This document shows positions 48,284-57,631 of a stretch of 64,000 nucleotides of DNA, piece by piece. A program made the position numbers and the translations under genes. This DNA comes from Trueperaceae bacterium. GTDB taxonomy: Bacteria > Deinococcota > Deinococci > Deinococcales > Trueperaceae. Below the pieces are notes generated by a model. The model searched no databases, was not told the DNA's origin, and saw nothing but the letters and a program-made list of their open reading frames with translations. The DNA lies in contig JAXHNB010000008.1 in NCBI GenBank assembly GCA_034520945.1, positions 64,001 to 128,000 on the forward strand. The letters run 5' to 3'. Within the stretch, counting starts at the first letter, position 1; every line of letters starts with the position of its first letter.

Positions 48284-48796
48284 TCAGTCGTCCGGGTACG
48301 CGACCGCCACGATCTCGAGGTCCTCGCGGCCGCGGCCTGCGTCGACGGTGACGCGTTCGCCCACCTTGCGGCCCAGCACGGCCGCCGCGGTGGGGGCGAC
48401 GAAGGCGACCAGGCCCTCGAGCGGGTCGGCCTCGTCGACGCCCACGATGCGGAAGCAAAGCTCCTCGCCCCCGTCGCTACGGGTGGTGACGTCCGCGCCG
48501 AAGGCCACCTCGCCGGTCGCGTCCGGCGGTACCTGTACCAGGCGGGCGCTCGCCAGCCGCGCCTCGAGGTCGTCGATCCGCTCGCGCACCACCGTCAGCT
48601 GCCGGGCCCGCTCGGGCGTCTCGTCCGCATCGCCCTGCACCTGCAGAAGCTCGTCCTCGAGCGTTTCGCGCTCGCGTTGCAGCAGGGCCAGGCCACGCGG
48701 CGTGACCAGGTTGGGCGTCCCATCGGGCAGCAGGGCCCGCTGGGGCACCATCACGCGTTCGTTGTCGGCGTCGTCCTTGACGAAGGCTCGGCTCAT
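48284..48796 (-). CDS. GreA/GreB family elongation-factor-like protein
   Basis: MSRAFVK, VTPRGL, VAFGA.V, FRIVGVDEAD...G..FVAP.A.AVLG..VGE. Confidence 0.9.
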   Translation of the reverse strand: MSRAFVKDDADNERVMVPQRALLPDGTPNLVTPRGLALLQRERETLEDELLQVQGDADETPERARQLTVVRERIDDLEARLASARLVQVPPDATGEVAFGADVTTRSDGGEELCFRIVGVDEADPLEGLVAFVAPTAAAVLGRKVGERVTVDAGRGREDLEIVAVAYPDD

Positions 48797-48970
48797 GTTG
48801 GGACGCCTCCTCGTGCGTCGGAGCCAAGAATCGGCCCGACGCGTCTCGACCCATCCTACGACCGAACGGCACGCGGCGCGGCCACGGGCACCGGTACGCT
48901 AGGCGCGTGAGCGAGTCCGTTCCCACGGACCCCATGGCCGCCGGATCTGGGCGGCACCCGCCACGGGCTC

Positions 48971-50113
48971 GTGTCCACGCGCCGGCCCGACCTGGCGACT
49001 TCGCCGGTTCCGGTGCGCCGGTGGGGGCCGTCGCCGGGCGCGCGACGCACGGCGATCGTGCGCGAGCGGGTGCTGCGGTTGGGCTGGAACGCCAGCGCGT
49101 ACCAGCTGCTCGCGCCGGGTTTCTCGCACTGGCTGGCGCCGGATCACGACGCGGCGGTCGGGTACGTGCGGCACGCGGGCGTGCGGGTGGCGGCGGGAGC
49201 GCCGGTGGCGCGGGAGGCGGACGTGGCGGAGGCCGCGGCGGCGTTCGAGGTCGAGGCCCGCCGCCATGGCGATGCGGTGTGCTGGTTCGCGGCCGAGGCG
49301 CGGCTCACCTCGGCCTTCGAGGACGCTCCCGACCACGACCGTGTGCTGCTGGGCGGCCTGCCGGTCTGGGACCCCCGCCGTTGGCGCGAGGTGGTGCGCA
49401 CGCACACGAGCGTCCGCTCGCAGCTGTCGCGGGCGCGCAACAAGGGCCTGCGGGTCGACGCCTGGCGCGACCCCTCCACCGCGCAGCTGGCGGAGCTGCG
49501 CGAGCTGCAGGCCGACTGGCTGGCTCGCAAGGCGCTGCCCAGGCTGCACTTCCTGACCGAGGTGGACACGCTGCGTTCGCTGCGTGACCGCCACCTGCTG
49601 GTCGCGAGCGTGGGCGAGCGGCCGGTCGGCTTCCTGGTCGCCTCGCCGGTGCCGACGCGGGCGGGCTGGCTGGTCGAGCAGGTGGTGCGCACCGCCGCCG
49701 CCCCCAACGGCACGGCCGAGTCGCTCATCGACGCGATGATGCGCGCGGCCGCCGAGGAGGGCTCGGGCTACCTGACGTTGGGGCTGGTGCCGCTGGCGCA
49801 GCGGGCCGAGCTGCCGCGCGACACCCCGCCCCGCTGGCTGGCCCTGACCCTGCGGCTGGTGCGGGCGTACGGGCAGCGCTTCTACAACTTCGCGGGGCTC
49901 GAGCACTTCAAGGCCAAGCTGGCGCCCGAGCGTTGGGACCCGGTCTACGCGATCGCGAACGAGGCGCGCTTCTCGCCCCGGACGTTGTACGCGATCGCGG
50001 GCGCCTTCGCCGGCGGCCCGCCGCCGGCGCTGGTCACGCGGGCGCTGGTGCGGGCGGCGGCGGAGGAGACGCGGGGACGGCTGGCCCAGGCGCACCCGGT
50101 GCGGGCACGTTAG
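48971..50113 (+). CDS. Stand-alone aminoacyl-phosphatidylglycerol synthase (DUF2156/MprF C-terminal) domain protein
   Basis: APNGTAE, LTLGLVPL, FYNFAGLEHFKAKL.P.W.PVY; start uncertain. Confidence 0.85.
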   Translation: MSTRRPDLATSPVPVRRWGPSPGARRTAIVRERVLRLGWNASAYQLLAPGFSHWLAPDHDAAVGYVRHAGVRVAAGAPVAREADVAEAAAAFEVEARRHGDAVCWFAAEARLTSAFEDAPDHDRVLLGGLPVWDPRRWREVVRTHTSVRSQLSRARNKGLRVDAWRDPSTAQLAELRELQADWLARKALPRLHFLTEVDTLRSLRDRHLLVASVGERPVGFLVASPVPTRAGWLVEQVVRTAAAPNGTAESLIDAMMRAAAEEGSGYLTLGLVPLAQRAELPRDTPPRWLALTLRLVRAYGQRFYNFAGLEHFKAKLAPERWDPVYAIANEARFSPRTLYAIAGAFAGGPPPALVTRALVRAAAEETRGRLAQAHPVRAR

Positions 50114-50168
50114 CGTTGGCGCGCCGCTCATGTCCCGCACGTGCTACCACGCATCGCGAACGGATTCC

Positions 50169-50564
50169 TTACGCGTGCGGCGTCAGGTACACGCACCCGT
50201 CCGTGCACTCGGGTTCGGGGTTGGCTTCCGCCCAGGCCAGGCGCTCCTGGAGTTCGCCTTCGAGCGCGCGAAGGTTCCGGAGGCGCGCGCGAACGTCCGC
50301 GAGGTGCTCCCGGAGGCGGCCACGCACGTGCTCGCACGGCGGAACGCCGCCCGAACGCAACGCGAGGAGGTCGCGGATCTCGTGCAGACGAAGACCCAGC
50401 GCCTGTGCCTCACGCAGGAACGAGGCGCGCGCCACCATCTCTTGGGAGAAGAGGCGATAGCCGGACGCGCTCCGTTCGGCCGTGAGGAGACCTTCGTCTT
50501 CCCAGTAGCGCAGCGTCCGGACCGCCTCGCCCGTCGCGGCTGCGAGTTCGCCGATCCGTAGCAT
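50169..50564 (-). CDS. MerR family metal-responsive regulator
   Basis: LRIGELA...TLRYWE..GLL...R..SGYR.F, PCEHV, C-terminal ECTDGCVYL. Confidence 0.92.
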   Translation of the reverse strand: MLRIGELAAATGEAVRTLRYWEDEGLLTAERSASGYRLFSQEMVARASFLREAQALGLRLHEIRDLLALRSGGVPPCEHVRGRLREHLADVRARLRNLRALEGELQERLAWAEANPEPECTDGCVYLTPHA

Positions 50565-50620
50565 GCCCGCATGATGCCGCAGCGTCGCCCGCGCGCCCGT
50601 CGCCTGACTCGCGGCGCGCG

Positions 50621-51969
50621 TCACACCATGGTAGCGACGTCCGATGCGGCCGAGGGGTGCACCAGGATGCTGGTCTTCAGGTCCCGCGCCGTCAGGCCGT
50701 GCCGGATGGCGAGCGCGAAGATGCCGATCGTCTCGTCCGCGTCCGGACCCAGGAGGTGGGCGCCGAGGATCCGCTGCGACTCCTTCTCGACCAGCACCTT
50801 CGACGCCCCGACCTGGTGCCGGGTCCGGCGGGCGGAGAACCAACCGCTGGTGTCACGGGACTCGACCTCGAACGCGAGCCCTTCGCTCGCTGCCTCCGAC
50901 TCGCTCCGCCCGGCGTAGGCGAGCCGGGGCAGGGTGAAGACCACGCTGGGCGTGCCGGCGTAGTCGGGGCGTTTCTGGTTGCCGCGCAGCAGGTTGGTCG
51001 CGGCAATGATCGCTTCATGTACGGCGATGGGCGTCAGGGGCGGGCCGGAGGTGGCGGCCGCATCTCCCGCGGCGTACGCGCGGGGGTTGCGGGTGCTCTG
51101 CAGGTACTCGTTCACCTGGACGCCTCCGTGGGGGCTTTCGTCGATCCCGCCGCTGGGGAGGTCCAGATCGGCCAGGTCGGGCACCCGACCGGCCCCGTGC
51201 ACGACCAGGTCGGCCTCCAGCGTGTCGCCGTTCGTGGGTGCGTACGACGCGTGCGTCGTCGTTGCTCGTGCACGGATGCGACCTCGGTCTCCAGCCGAAC
51301 GTCGATGCCGAGGCCACGGGTGGCGTCCACGAGCAGGTCGACGTGATCGGGGTCGAACCGCGGCAGCGGCCGCTCCCCCCGGTGCAGGATGGTGACGTGC
51401 GCCCCGGCCCGGGCGGCGATGTGCGCGAACTCGAGCGAGACGTACCCGCCACCGATGAACACGATCCGCTCGGGGAGTACCTCGAGGTCGAGGAACTCGG
51501 TGCTGGTGGCGACCAGGTCCGCGCCGGGGATGGCGAGGGGTCGCGGGCGGGCGCCGGTGGCGATCAGGAACCGTTCGGCCGTGACGCGCTCGGTTTCGAT
51601 CTCCACCGCGCCTGGATCGACGAAGCGCGTCGGGCCGTGCAGGGTGGTGACGCCCACGTCGCGAAGGCTGGCTTCCAGCCTGTCGGGGAGCGGCTCGGTA
51701 AAGGTTCGCTTGAACGCCATCAGCGCCGACCAGTCGAGGTGGGTCTCGCCGCTGACGCCGTGATCGCTCATTCTTCGCTGCGCGTCCACGATGTCGGCGG
51801 CACCGACCAGGACCTTCTTCGGGTCGCAGCCGCGCAGGGCGCACGTGCCGCCGTAGGGCCGCACGTCGGCGATGGCGACCCGCTTGCCGGCGGACGCCGC
51901 CTTGCGTGCGGCGGCCAGGCCGGCCATGCCTGCGCCGATGACGAGGAGGTCGAACGCGCGTTCGCTCAT
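50621..51969 (-). pseudogene. Pyridine nucleotide-disulfide oxidoreductase (glutathione reductase/MerA-like), frameshifted near 51250-51270
   Basis: VIGAGMAG, GGTCALRGCDPKK, IGGGY in one frame; GAGRVP, YAAGD, PSVVFT.P, ILGAHL in another. Confidence 0.85.
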
Positions 51970-52283
51970 GCCGCGACGTCGCTCTTCGCGGCGTTCAACC
52001 GTTCTTGCAAGAGGGCGGCGGACGGCCAGCCGCGCCCGTCGTTGTCCTGGTAGCGGCGGCAGGCCATGACGGAAGGTCCGTCGTAGCCTTCCAGGTCGAC
52101 CCCGTCGATGCGAAGGGTCGGGGAGCCGGCGAAGCCGGTGCGCTCCGCGTGGGGGAGGTTCTCGATATTCCGCAGGCGGACGGTCGCGTCGACGCCGGTG
52201 TGGGCGAGGGCGCGGCCGAGCTCATTCCACGCGTGTTCCCATGAGGGGCAGCCGCCGAAGTAGAGGAGTTCTATGGTGGTCAT
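51966..52283 (-). CDS. Thioredoxin-like protein (mer-operon-associated type)
   Basis: IELLYFGGCPSW, GFAGSPTLRIDGVD, ACRRY. Confidence 0.8.
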   Translation of the reverse strand: MTTIELLYFGGCPSWEHAWNELGRALAHTGVDATVRLRNIENLPHAERTGFAGSPTLRIDGVDLEGYDGPSVMACRRYQDNDGRGWPSAALLQERLNAAKSDVAA

Positions 52284-52289
52284 GCCCGA

Positions 52290-52321
52290 ACGGTAGACCC
52301 TCCACCTCGGTGGAGGGTCAA
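52290..52321 (-). promoter_or_regulatory. MerR-type promoter TTGACC-N20-TACCGT with 11-bp dyad GACCCTCCACC-TC-GGTGGAGGGTC
   Basis: Perfect inverted repeat in an elongated spacer; leaderless ATG 6 nt downstream. Confidence 0.85.
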
Positions 52322-52429
52322 GCCCTCGGCGCGCACGCTACGCCTTTGCTTGGCGCATCCACCGCCGCGTGCGACGGGGACGCCCGGTGCCATTACGACG
52401 CCCCGCACCACCTGGACCGCCATGCGGGC

Positions 52430-52610
52430 TAGCACCGTCCGGCTCCAGGCGGCCTCGCTCAGCGACAAAACGACGCCCATGAAGGCGACCATTCGACGAT
52501 CGACGGACCCGACTGCGTGAAACGGGTCGCACCGCCGAGGGTTACCATCGCGGTGGTGAGCAACGCCCCGCTCCAGAGCCAGATGTGTGGTCGACGGCGG
52601 GTGGACCGAC
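52430..52610 (-). pseudogene. Heme A synthase (COX15/CtaA) N-terminal remnant
   Basis: IWLWSGALLTTAMVTLGGATRFTQSGPSIVEW then frameshift and loss of similarity. Confidence 0.7.
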
Positions 52611-52669
52611 GAAGACCCCGGACCAGCGCGCCGCCACCATTAGGCTGAGGGGAATCGAGGAGGTCAGGC

Positions 52670-53089
52670 ATGGAGATCGTACGCGTCGGTACGCGACCCT
52701 CGAAGCAAGGTCCGAGCGAGTGGTTCACGGGAGCGGTGCGACTCGATCCGCTGTTTCCCGCGCGGCCCCCGGCCCGTGTGGCGGGCGTGCGCGTGACGTT
52801 CGAACCGAGCGCCAGGACCGCATGGCACACGCACCCGCTGGGCCAAACCCTGCTGATCGTGTCGGGCATGGGTCGCGTGCAACGCGAAGGCGGGCCCGTC
52901 GAAGAGGTGCGGCCCGGCGACGTGGTGTGGTTCGCACCGGGCGAAAAGCATTGGCACGGCGCCACCGCCACGACCGCAATGGAGCACGTCGCGGTGCACG
53001 AGGAACAGAACGGCGTGTCGGTCGAATGGCTCGAAGCGGTCAGCGACGAGGAGTTCAGCGACGAGGAGTTCATCGCCCCGATCGCGTGA
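52670..53089 (+). CDS. Cupin domain protein
   Basis: [38 protein letters not shown]. Confidence 0.93.
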   Translation: MEIVRVGTRPSKQGPSEWFTGAVRLDPLFPARPPARVAGVRVTFEPSARTAWHTHPLGQTLLIVSGMGRVQREGGPVEEVRPGDVVWFAPGEKHWHGATATTAMEHVAVHEEQNGVSVEWLEAVSDEEFSDEEFIAPIA

Positions 53090-53155
53090 CGACGGGTTCG
53101 GGCGCGGGTTGCGATTCGCGTCGTACCTCCTGCGCGACCGTTCGTCAGGTCGCCT

Positions 53156-53362
53156 TCAGGCCGGCGGCCACGCCCCCAGGATGGCGCCGGCCACGACGAG
53201 CGCCAGCACGTGGTACCCGCCGTCGATCAGGAACAGCGCGGGCGTGCGACTCTCGTACATGAACGTCACCGACATCAGCGCGAACCCGATGCCGATGCCG
53301 ACGAGCGCGAAGTACACGACCGTTGCGACCAGGACGGCCCAGACGTTGACGGTGATGTCCAT
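53156..53362 (-). pseudogene. DUF1761-like membrane protein, internally deleted
   Basis: NVWAVLVATVVYFAL joined to the C-terminal YE.R...LFLIDGGYH...GAILG; only 68 aa. Confidence 0.6.
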
Positions 53363-53545
53363 GCGTGGATCTCCCTTCGAAGCCTTGACCGGCGCCGCCG
53401 TCGGCCGCTAGTCGTCGCGGATTCCGGCCATCATGCACGATGGCGTCGGTGGCGTGGGTCGGGGGCCAGCAGATCGAAGTCCTTCTGGCGCATCAGGCAT
53501 TGACGCCGATGGGCGTGGTGATTACATTGTGCGTACGGAGGCGTG

Positions 53546-53791
53546 ATGAGAACGCGCATCGTCAGAATCGGCAATTCGCAAGGCATTCGGATTCCCAAGC
53601 CGCTGCTGGAGCAGGCCGGGCTCAGCGGGGAGGTCGAGCTGGTGCAGGAGGGCGACGCTCTGATGATTCGACCTGCCCATGCGCGCCAGGGTTGGGACGA
53701 GGCGTTCCAGGCCATGGCCGAGAGGGGAGACGATCAACTCCTCGATGCGCCGGACGGTACGCGCTTCGATGACGAAGAATGGATGTGGTGA
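53546..53791 (+). CDS. mazE: AbrB/MazE antitoxin
   Basis: RIVRIGNSQGIRIPKPLLEQAGL. Confidence 0.92.
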   Translation: MRTRIVRIGNSQGIRIPKPLLEQAGLSGEVELVQEGDALMIRPAHARQGWDEAFQAMAERGDDQLLDAPDGTRFDDEEWMW

Positions 53792-54105
53792 ATCGGTTCG
53801 AGGTGCACCTCGTCACGCTGGACCCGACCCGGGGGTCCGAGATTCGTAAGACGCGACCGTGCCTGATCGTCTCTCCGAACGAGATGAACCGGCACGTCCG
53901 GACGGTCCTCGTCGCCCCGATGACGACGGGTGGAAAGGCGTATCCGACGAGGGTCCCCGTCCGTTTCCGCGGGCGGGAGGCCGTGATCGTCCTGGACCAG
54001 CTCCGCACGGTCGACAAGGAACGTGTGGTGGAGTCGCTCGGCTCTCTGGACGAGGGCGTGCAGGACCAGGTGATCGCCGTACTGCAGCAGATGTTCGCGC
54101 GTTAG
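53779..54105 (+). CDS. mazF: PemK/MazF toxin
   Basis: LDPTRGSEIRKTRPCLIVSP, VAPMTT, LDQLRTVDK. Confidence 0.94.
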   Translation: MDVVNRFEVHLVTLDPTRGSEIRKTRPCLIVSPNEMNRHVRTVLVAPMTTGGKAYPTRVPVRFRGREAVIVLDQLRTVDKERVVESLGSLDEGVQDQVIAVLQQMFAR

Positions 54106-54117
54106 TGGCGGTGCGAA

Positions 54118-54171
54118 GGACGAAGTCGAGACGGGTGTCGTGGCCCGCTCCACCGACGCCGCGTTCGACGG
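54118..54171 (+). repeat. About 40-bp copy of 55613-55654 (part of the XRE gene)
   Basis: GAAGTCGAGACGGGTGTCGTGG(C/T)CCGCTCCACCGA(C/T)GC at both positions. Confidence 0.85.
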
Positions 54172-54180
54172 TTGGTCCTT

Positions 54181-55377
54181 CTACAACGGCTCCGTGCCTT
54201 CGGCAAGCATCGCGACGTACCGTCGGTAGCGCCAGATCCTGTCCCGCGCTTTGCCCGTCACTTCCGTGACGATGCCGAGGTTCGCGAGGTCGTCCATGCG
54301 CTGCCTCACGGTCGGAAAGGTGAGGCCGAGCGCATCCGCCGCACCGCGGATCGACGTGTAGGGGTGGCGCTTGAGATGGTCGTGGAGCCGGAGCCCCGTG
54401 TTGGCCGTGCGTCCGAGCGTCTCCACGCGCGAGCGGTCTTCGTCGAACAGCCGAACCAATGCGCGGGCGGTGGCATGCGCCTGCTGCCCCGTCTCGCGTA
54501 CGCCCTCCAGGAAGAAGTCGAGCCACGCTTCCCACGCGCCTTCGGTACGGACGCGCTGTAGCAGGTGGTAGTAGGCGTCGCGATTTCGCTTGAAGTAGAG
54601 GCTCAAATACAGGCTCGGTTCCTGCAGCACGGTGTCGCTACACAGGGACAAGGTGATCAGCAGACGACCGAGGCGGCCGTTGCCACCTGGGAACGGATGG
54701 ATGCTCTCGAACTGGACGTGAGCTACGGCAGCCTTCAGAAGGGGCGGTGTGTACGTCGTCTCGTCGTGCAGGAAGCGCTCGAGGTCGCTCATGAGGTCGG
54801 GCACCATTTCGTGTGGCGGCGGCACGAAGGTGGCGTTGCCCGGCCGCGTTCCGCCGAGCCAGTTCTGGGAGCGTCGAAACGCGCCGGGCGCTTTCGCGGC
54901 TCCCCGGCCGCCTGCAAGCAGAAGCGCGTGCATCTCGCGCAGGAGGCGGGACGAGAGCGGGAAGCCGTCCTCGCGGATGCGCCGGAGCCCATGCGTGAGG
55001 GCGCGCACGTAGTTGGACACCTCGGCCACGTCGTCCAGGGGAACGCCCGGCATCTCGTCGATTTCGTAGAGCAAGAGGTCGGAGAGCGACGATTGCGTAC
55101 CTTCGATCTGCGAGGAGAGAAGCGCCTCCTTGCGGACGTACATGTACAGGAAGAGGGTCGTGTCGGGCAGGAGCGTGTCGATCCCGTCGAGGCGCCCGAG
55201 GGCGCGATTGGCCGCTTCCAGCGTCCCCAGACGCTGCCCGGTGAGCTCGATCGGAGGGTCGATGGGGAGGGGCGGTGGCACGTAGGCGTGTACCTTCTCG
55301 CCGGTGACGGTGCGCGTGGCGTACGTGCCCAGTCGGCGGTTGGGGGATCGCTGTGAAGGGCCCGTTTCATTCGGCAT
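54181..55377 (-). CDS. Fic family protein (N-terminal inhibitory helix, C-terminal wHTH)
   Basis: EALLSSQIEGT; FESIHPFPGGNGRLGR (degenerate); C-terminal G..RDRIW.Y. Confidence 0.92.
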   Translation of the reverse strand: MPNETGPSQRSPNRRLGTYATRTVTGEKVHAYVPPPLPIDPPIELTGQRLGTLEAANRALGRLDGIDTLLPDTTLFLYMYVRKEALLSSQIEGTQSSLSDLLLYEIDEMPGVPLDDVAEVSNYVRALTHGLRRIREDGFPLSSRLLREMHALLLAGGRGAAKAPGAFRRSQNWLGGTRPGNATFVPPPHEMVPDLMSDLERFLHDETTYTPPLLKAAVAHVQFESIHPFPGGNGRLGRLLITLSLCSDTVLQEPSLYLSLYFKRNRDAYYHLLQRVRTEGAWEAWLDFFLEGVRETGQQAHATARALVRLFDEDRSRVETLGRTANTGLRLHDHLKRHPYTSIRGAADALGLTFPTVRQRMDDLANLGIVTEVTGKARDRIWRYRRYVAMLAEGTEPL

Positions 55378-55529
55378 TCCACTATTAAAGCATGCGCGGA
55401 AAATCTTTCATAGTGGAGGCCGTTCGTGCTCGTCGGCGTCTCTGCTGGAGGCATCCGCGGGACGTCCCGGTGCCAAGTTCGCGCGGGGTGGGTGACTCAG
55501 ATATGGTTCGTACCCTGAGGAGGGACCCC

Positions 55530-55955
55530 ATGAGTGCCAAGCGCAAGAAGCCTGCTCCGGATGTCGACGAGGTCACCCCAGAGTTGAAGGACCTGATCGC
55601 ACACTTCTCGGAGGAGGAAGTCGAGACGGGTGTCGTGGTCCGCTCCACCGATGCGCCCGCGTCCACTCGGCGCTACGACGCGTACGACGTGCAGCGTCGC
55701 TTCGAGGCCGCGCGGGCCGAACGGTCCCTGTCGCGCCTCTTGCGCTCTGCGCGTTCGACGGCGGGCCTTTCGCTCGCGGATGTCGCGGAGCGTCTCGGCG
55801 TTTCGCGGAGTTGGATTCAGCAAGTCGAGAAGGAGGGGGCGAACCTCCAGATCGACACGCTTCGCCGGGTTGCCGATGCGCTCGGCTACGACGTACACGT
55901 AAGCTTCGTGGCCCGTGACGAAGACGAACCATCCCTCACCGCTCCGCTCAGCTAG
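55530..55955 (+). CDS. XRE-family HTH protein (antitoxin-like)
   Basis: AGLSLADVAERLGVSRSWIQQVEK...TLRRVADALG; GAGGAGG RBS. Confidence 0.88.
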   Translation: MSAKRKKPAPDVDEVTPELKDLIAHFSEEEVETGVVVRSTDAPASTRRYDAYDVQRRFEAARAERSLSRLLRSARSTAGLSLADVAERLGVSRSWIQQVEKEGANLQIDTLRRVADALGYDVHVSFVARDEDEPSLTAPLS

Positions 55956-55984
55956 GAGGCCAGCGACGGACGTCATTTCCCGTA

Positions 55985-56236
55985 CCGTTACGGCTTGGCA
56001 ATCAGCGGCGAATCGTCGTTCCGGCCCAGCTGCGCCAAGAATTGGGCCTGCGACCCGGTGACGAGCTCCTTGCCCGCGTCGACGACGGCAGACGCGTCAT
56101 CGAACCGCGGCGGCCGGTGTTCGACCGCCTTCGAGCCCGGTTCGGCGGCGTCGATGGTTCCCTCGCGGACGAGCTTCTGCTCGACCGGCGCGCGGAGGCC
56201 GCGCGTCGAGGGCGTCCGGGCGCGGGGGTTCCCTGA
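55985..56236 (+). pseudogene. AbrB/SpoVT-type antitoxin remnant
   Basis: LGNQRRIVVPAQLRQELGLRPGDELL...SLADELL.DRRAEA; no good start, no toxin downstream. Confidence 0.65.
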
Positions 56237-56322
56237 ACGAGCAACGAAACGTAGAAACGTGGGAATCGTGGACGATGACTACCACATTTCTGACCTTCCG
56301 TCGACGCGTAGGTTCTGCCTGC

Positions 56323-56991
56323 CTACGGCAGCGGGACCACGCGGATGGTCCACGGTCCCAGCGCGTTGACCTGCAGGTAGTACCGACCGCCACGCGGTTG
56401 GTACGACGCTCCGGGACCCGGTCCGGACTGGTTGGCGGCGACGTCCACCAGGTCGCCGTCCTCGGTGTAGAGGTACACCTGGAAGAGGTCACCGCCCGCG
56501 GACCACTGCAGCTCCCACGCGCCAGCGGTCTCGAACGGGCGCGTGTTGGCTGCGCCCGACCCCGTGTACTCGATCGGCGCGTCCGAGGTGGCGGGCCCCG
56601 TGGCGGCATCGTCTTCGAGGTCTACGATCCGAATCGTCCAGGTGCCGATGGCGTTGACTTGCAGGTAGTAGCGTCCGGCCGCGGCTTGGTACGAGGCGCC
56701 GCTGCCCGGGCCGGACTGGTTCGCTGCGACTCCCACCAGCTCGCCGCTGGCGTCGTGCAGGTAGAGCTGGAACACGTCGCCTTGAGCGGTCCACTGGATC
56801 TCCCAGCCGGCGTCCACGGTGAACGGTCGCGTGTTGCGGATGCCGTCGCCTTGGTACTCGGTGACGATGGGGTCCTGGGCGAAAGCGACGCTCACTGACG
56901 CCAACGCGAAAAGCAAGACGAGAATGGTTTTCGGGAAGGTGAGGAGCGGTGACGACGGTGTGACGAGTGCGAGCAGCGTGTAGGGTCGCAT
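56323..56991 (-). CDS. Secreted protein with two tandem beta-rich repeats
   Basis: Signal peptide AFA-Q; duplicated NTRPF...WE.QW...GD.FQ.YL...VAANQSGPG.GASYQ...GRYYLQVNA.G.WTIR.V. Confidence 0.85.
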   Translation of the reverse strand: MRPYTLLALVTPSSPLLTFPKTILVLLFALASVSVAFAQDPIVTEYQGDGIRNTRPFTVDAGWEIQWTAQGDVFQLYLHDASGELVGVAANQSGPGSGASYQAAAGRYYLQVNAIGTWTIRIVDLEDDAATGPATSDAPIEYTGSGAANTRPFETAGAWELQWSAGGDLFQVYLYTEDGDLVDVAANQSGPGPGASYQPRGGRYYLQVNALGPWTIRVVPLP

Positions 56992-57133
56992 GGTTCGAGT
57001 ATGCGGCACGCGCGCGACGGGAAGTGACGCAGGCACGCCCGTGCGCCATCGTCCCGCTCCGGCATCTCGCGCAGGGCACCTGGACAGACTGTCTGCTATG
57101 ATGGACATGGTGGCCCCCACCTAGGAGGAGCGC

Positions 57134-57631
57134 ATGCCCGTGACCCAAAAGCAGAAGAGGGAACCGGTGCGGCCCGCCCGGTCCGACCGGTCGGGCGATC
57201 CGGGCGAGAAGCATGGCGCGCATCGGGCCGGCCAGGCGCCTGGCGTGATGGAGGTGCGGTTCGCGAGTGCAAGCGCGTCGGCGGCGCCGTCCTACCGCGT
57301 CGTGACCTTCGGTTCGCTTGGACGGTTGGCCCAGCGCGCCGGTTTGGACCAAGCCGGGCTCGCGAGCTTCCTCGGCGTCAGTACCAAGACCCTGAAGCGA
57401 CGCGCGGAGAAGGGCGTGCTGGACGAAGCCGAGAGCATGAAGACCGAGATGCTGGCCTACACCTTGCACGAGGCGTGCCGCGTCATGGGCGACGAAGGGA
57501 AGGCCCGACGTTGGCTCGTCACGCAGGTCGCCTCCCTGGACGGCCTCAGGCCGATCGATCACCTCGACAGCATCGAGGGCTACGAGCGGGTTCGGGAAAC
57601 CCTGACCAAGATCGAGTACGGAATGTACTGA
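57134..57631 (+). CDS. Xre/MbcA/ParS antitoxin
   Basis: LGVSTKTLKRR HTH-like; ARRWL...SLDGLRPI..L; AGGAGG RBS. Confidence 0.88.
   Translation: MPVTQKQKREPVRPARSDRSGDPGEKHGAHRAGQAPGVMEVRFASASASAAPSYRVVTFGSLGRLAQRAGLDQAGLASFLGVSTKTLKRRAEKGVLDEAESMKTEMLAYTLHEACRVMGDEGKARRWLVTQVASLDGLRPIDHLDSIEGYERVRETLTKIEYGMY

Noticed and set aside
51240..51280. Programmed frameshifting here or at 35080 and 58730
   Set aside because: No slippery heptamer is evident; deletion or sequencing error is simpler.
50621..51969. merA mercuric reductase
   Set aside because: Lacks the C-terminal Cys-Cys pair and the NmerA domain; no mer transport genes.
53042..53071. 15-bp tandem duplication giving [10 protein letters not shown] at the cupin C-terminus
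   Set aside because: Real but trivial; an in-frame duplication in a tail region.
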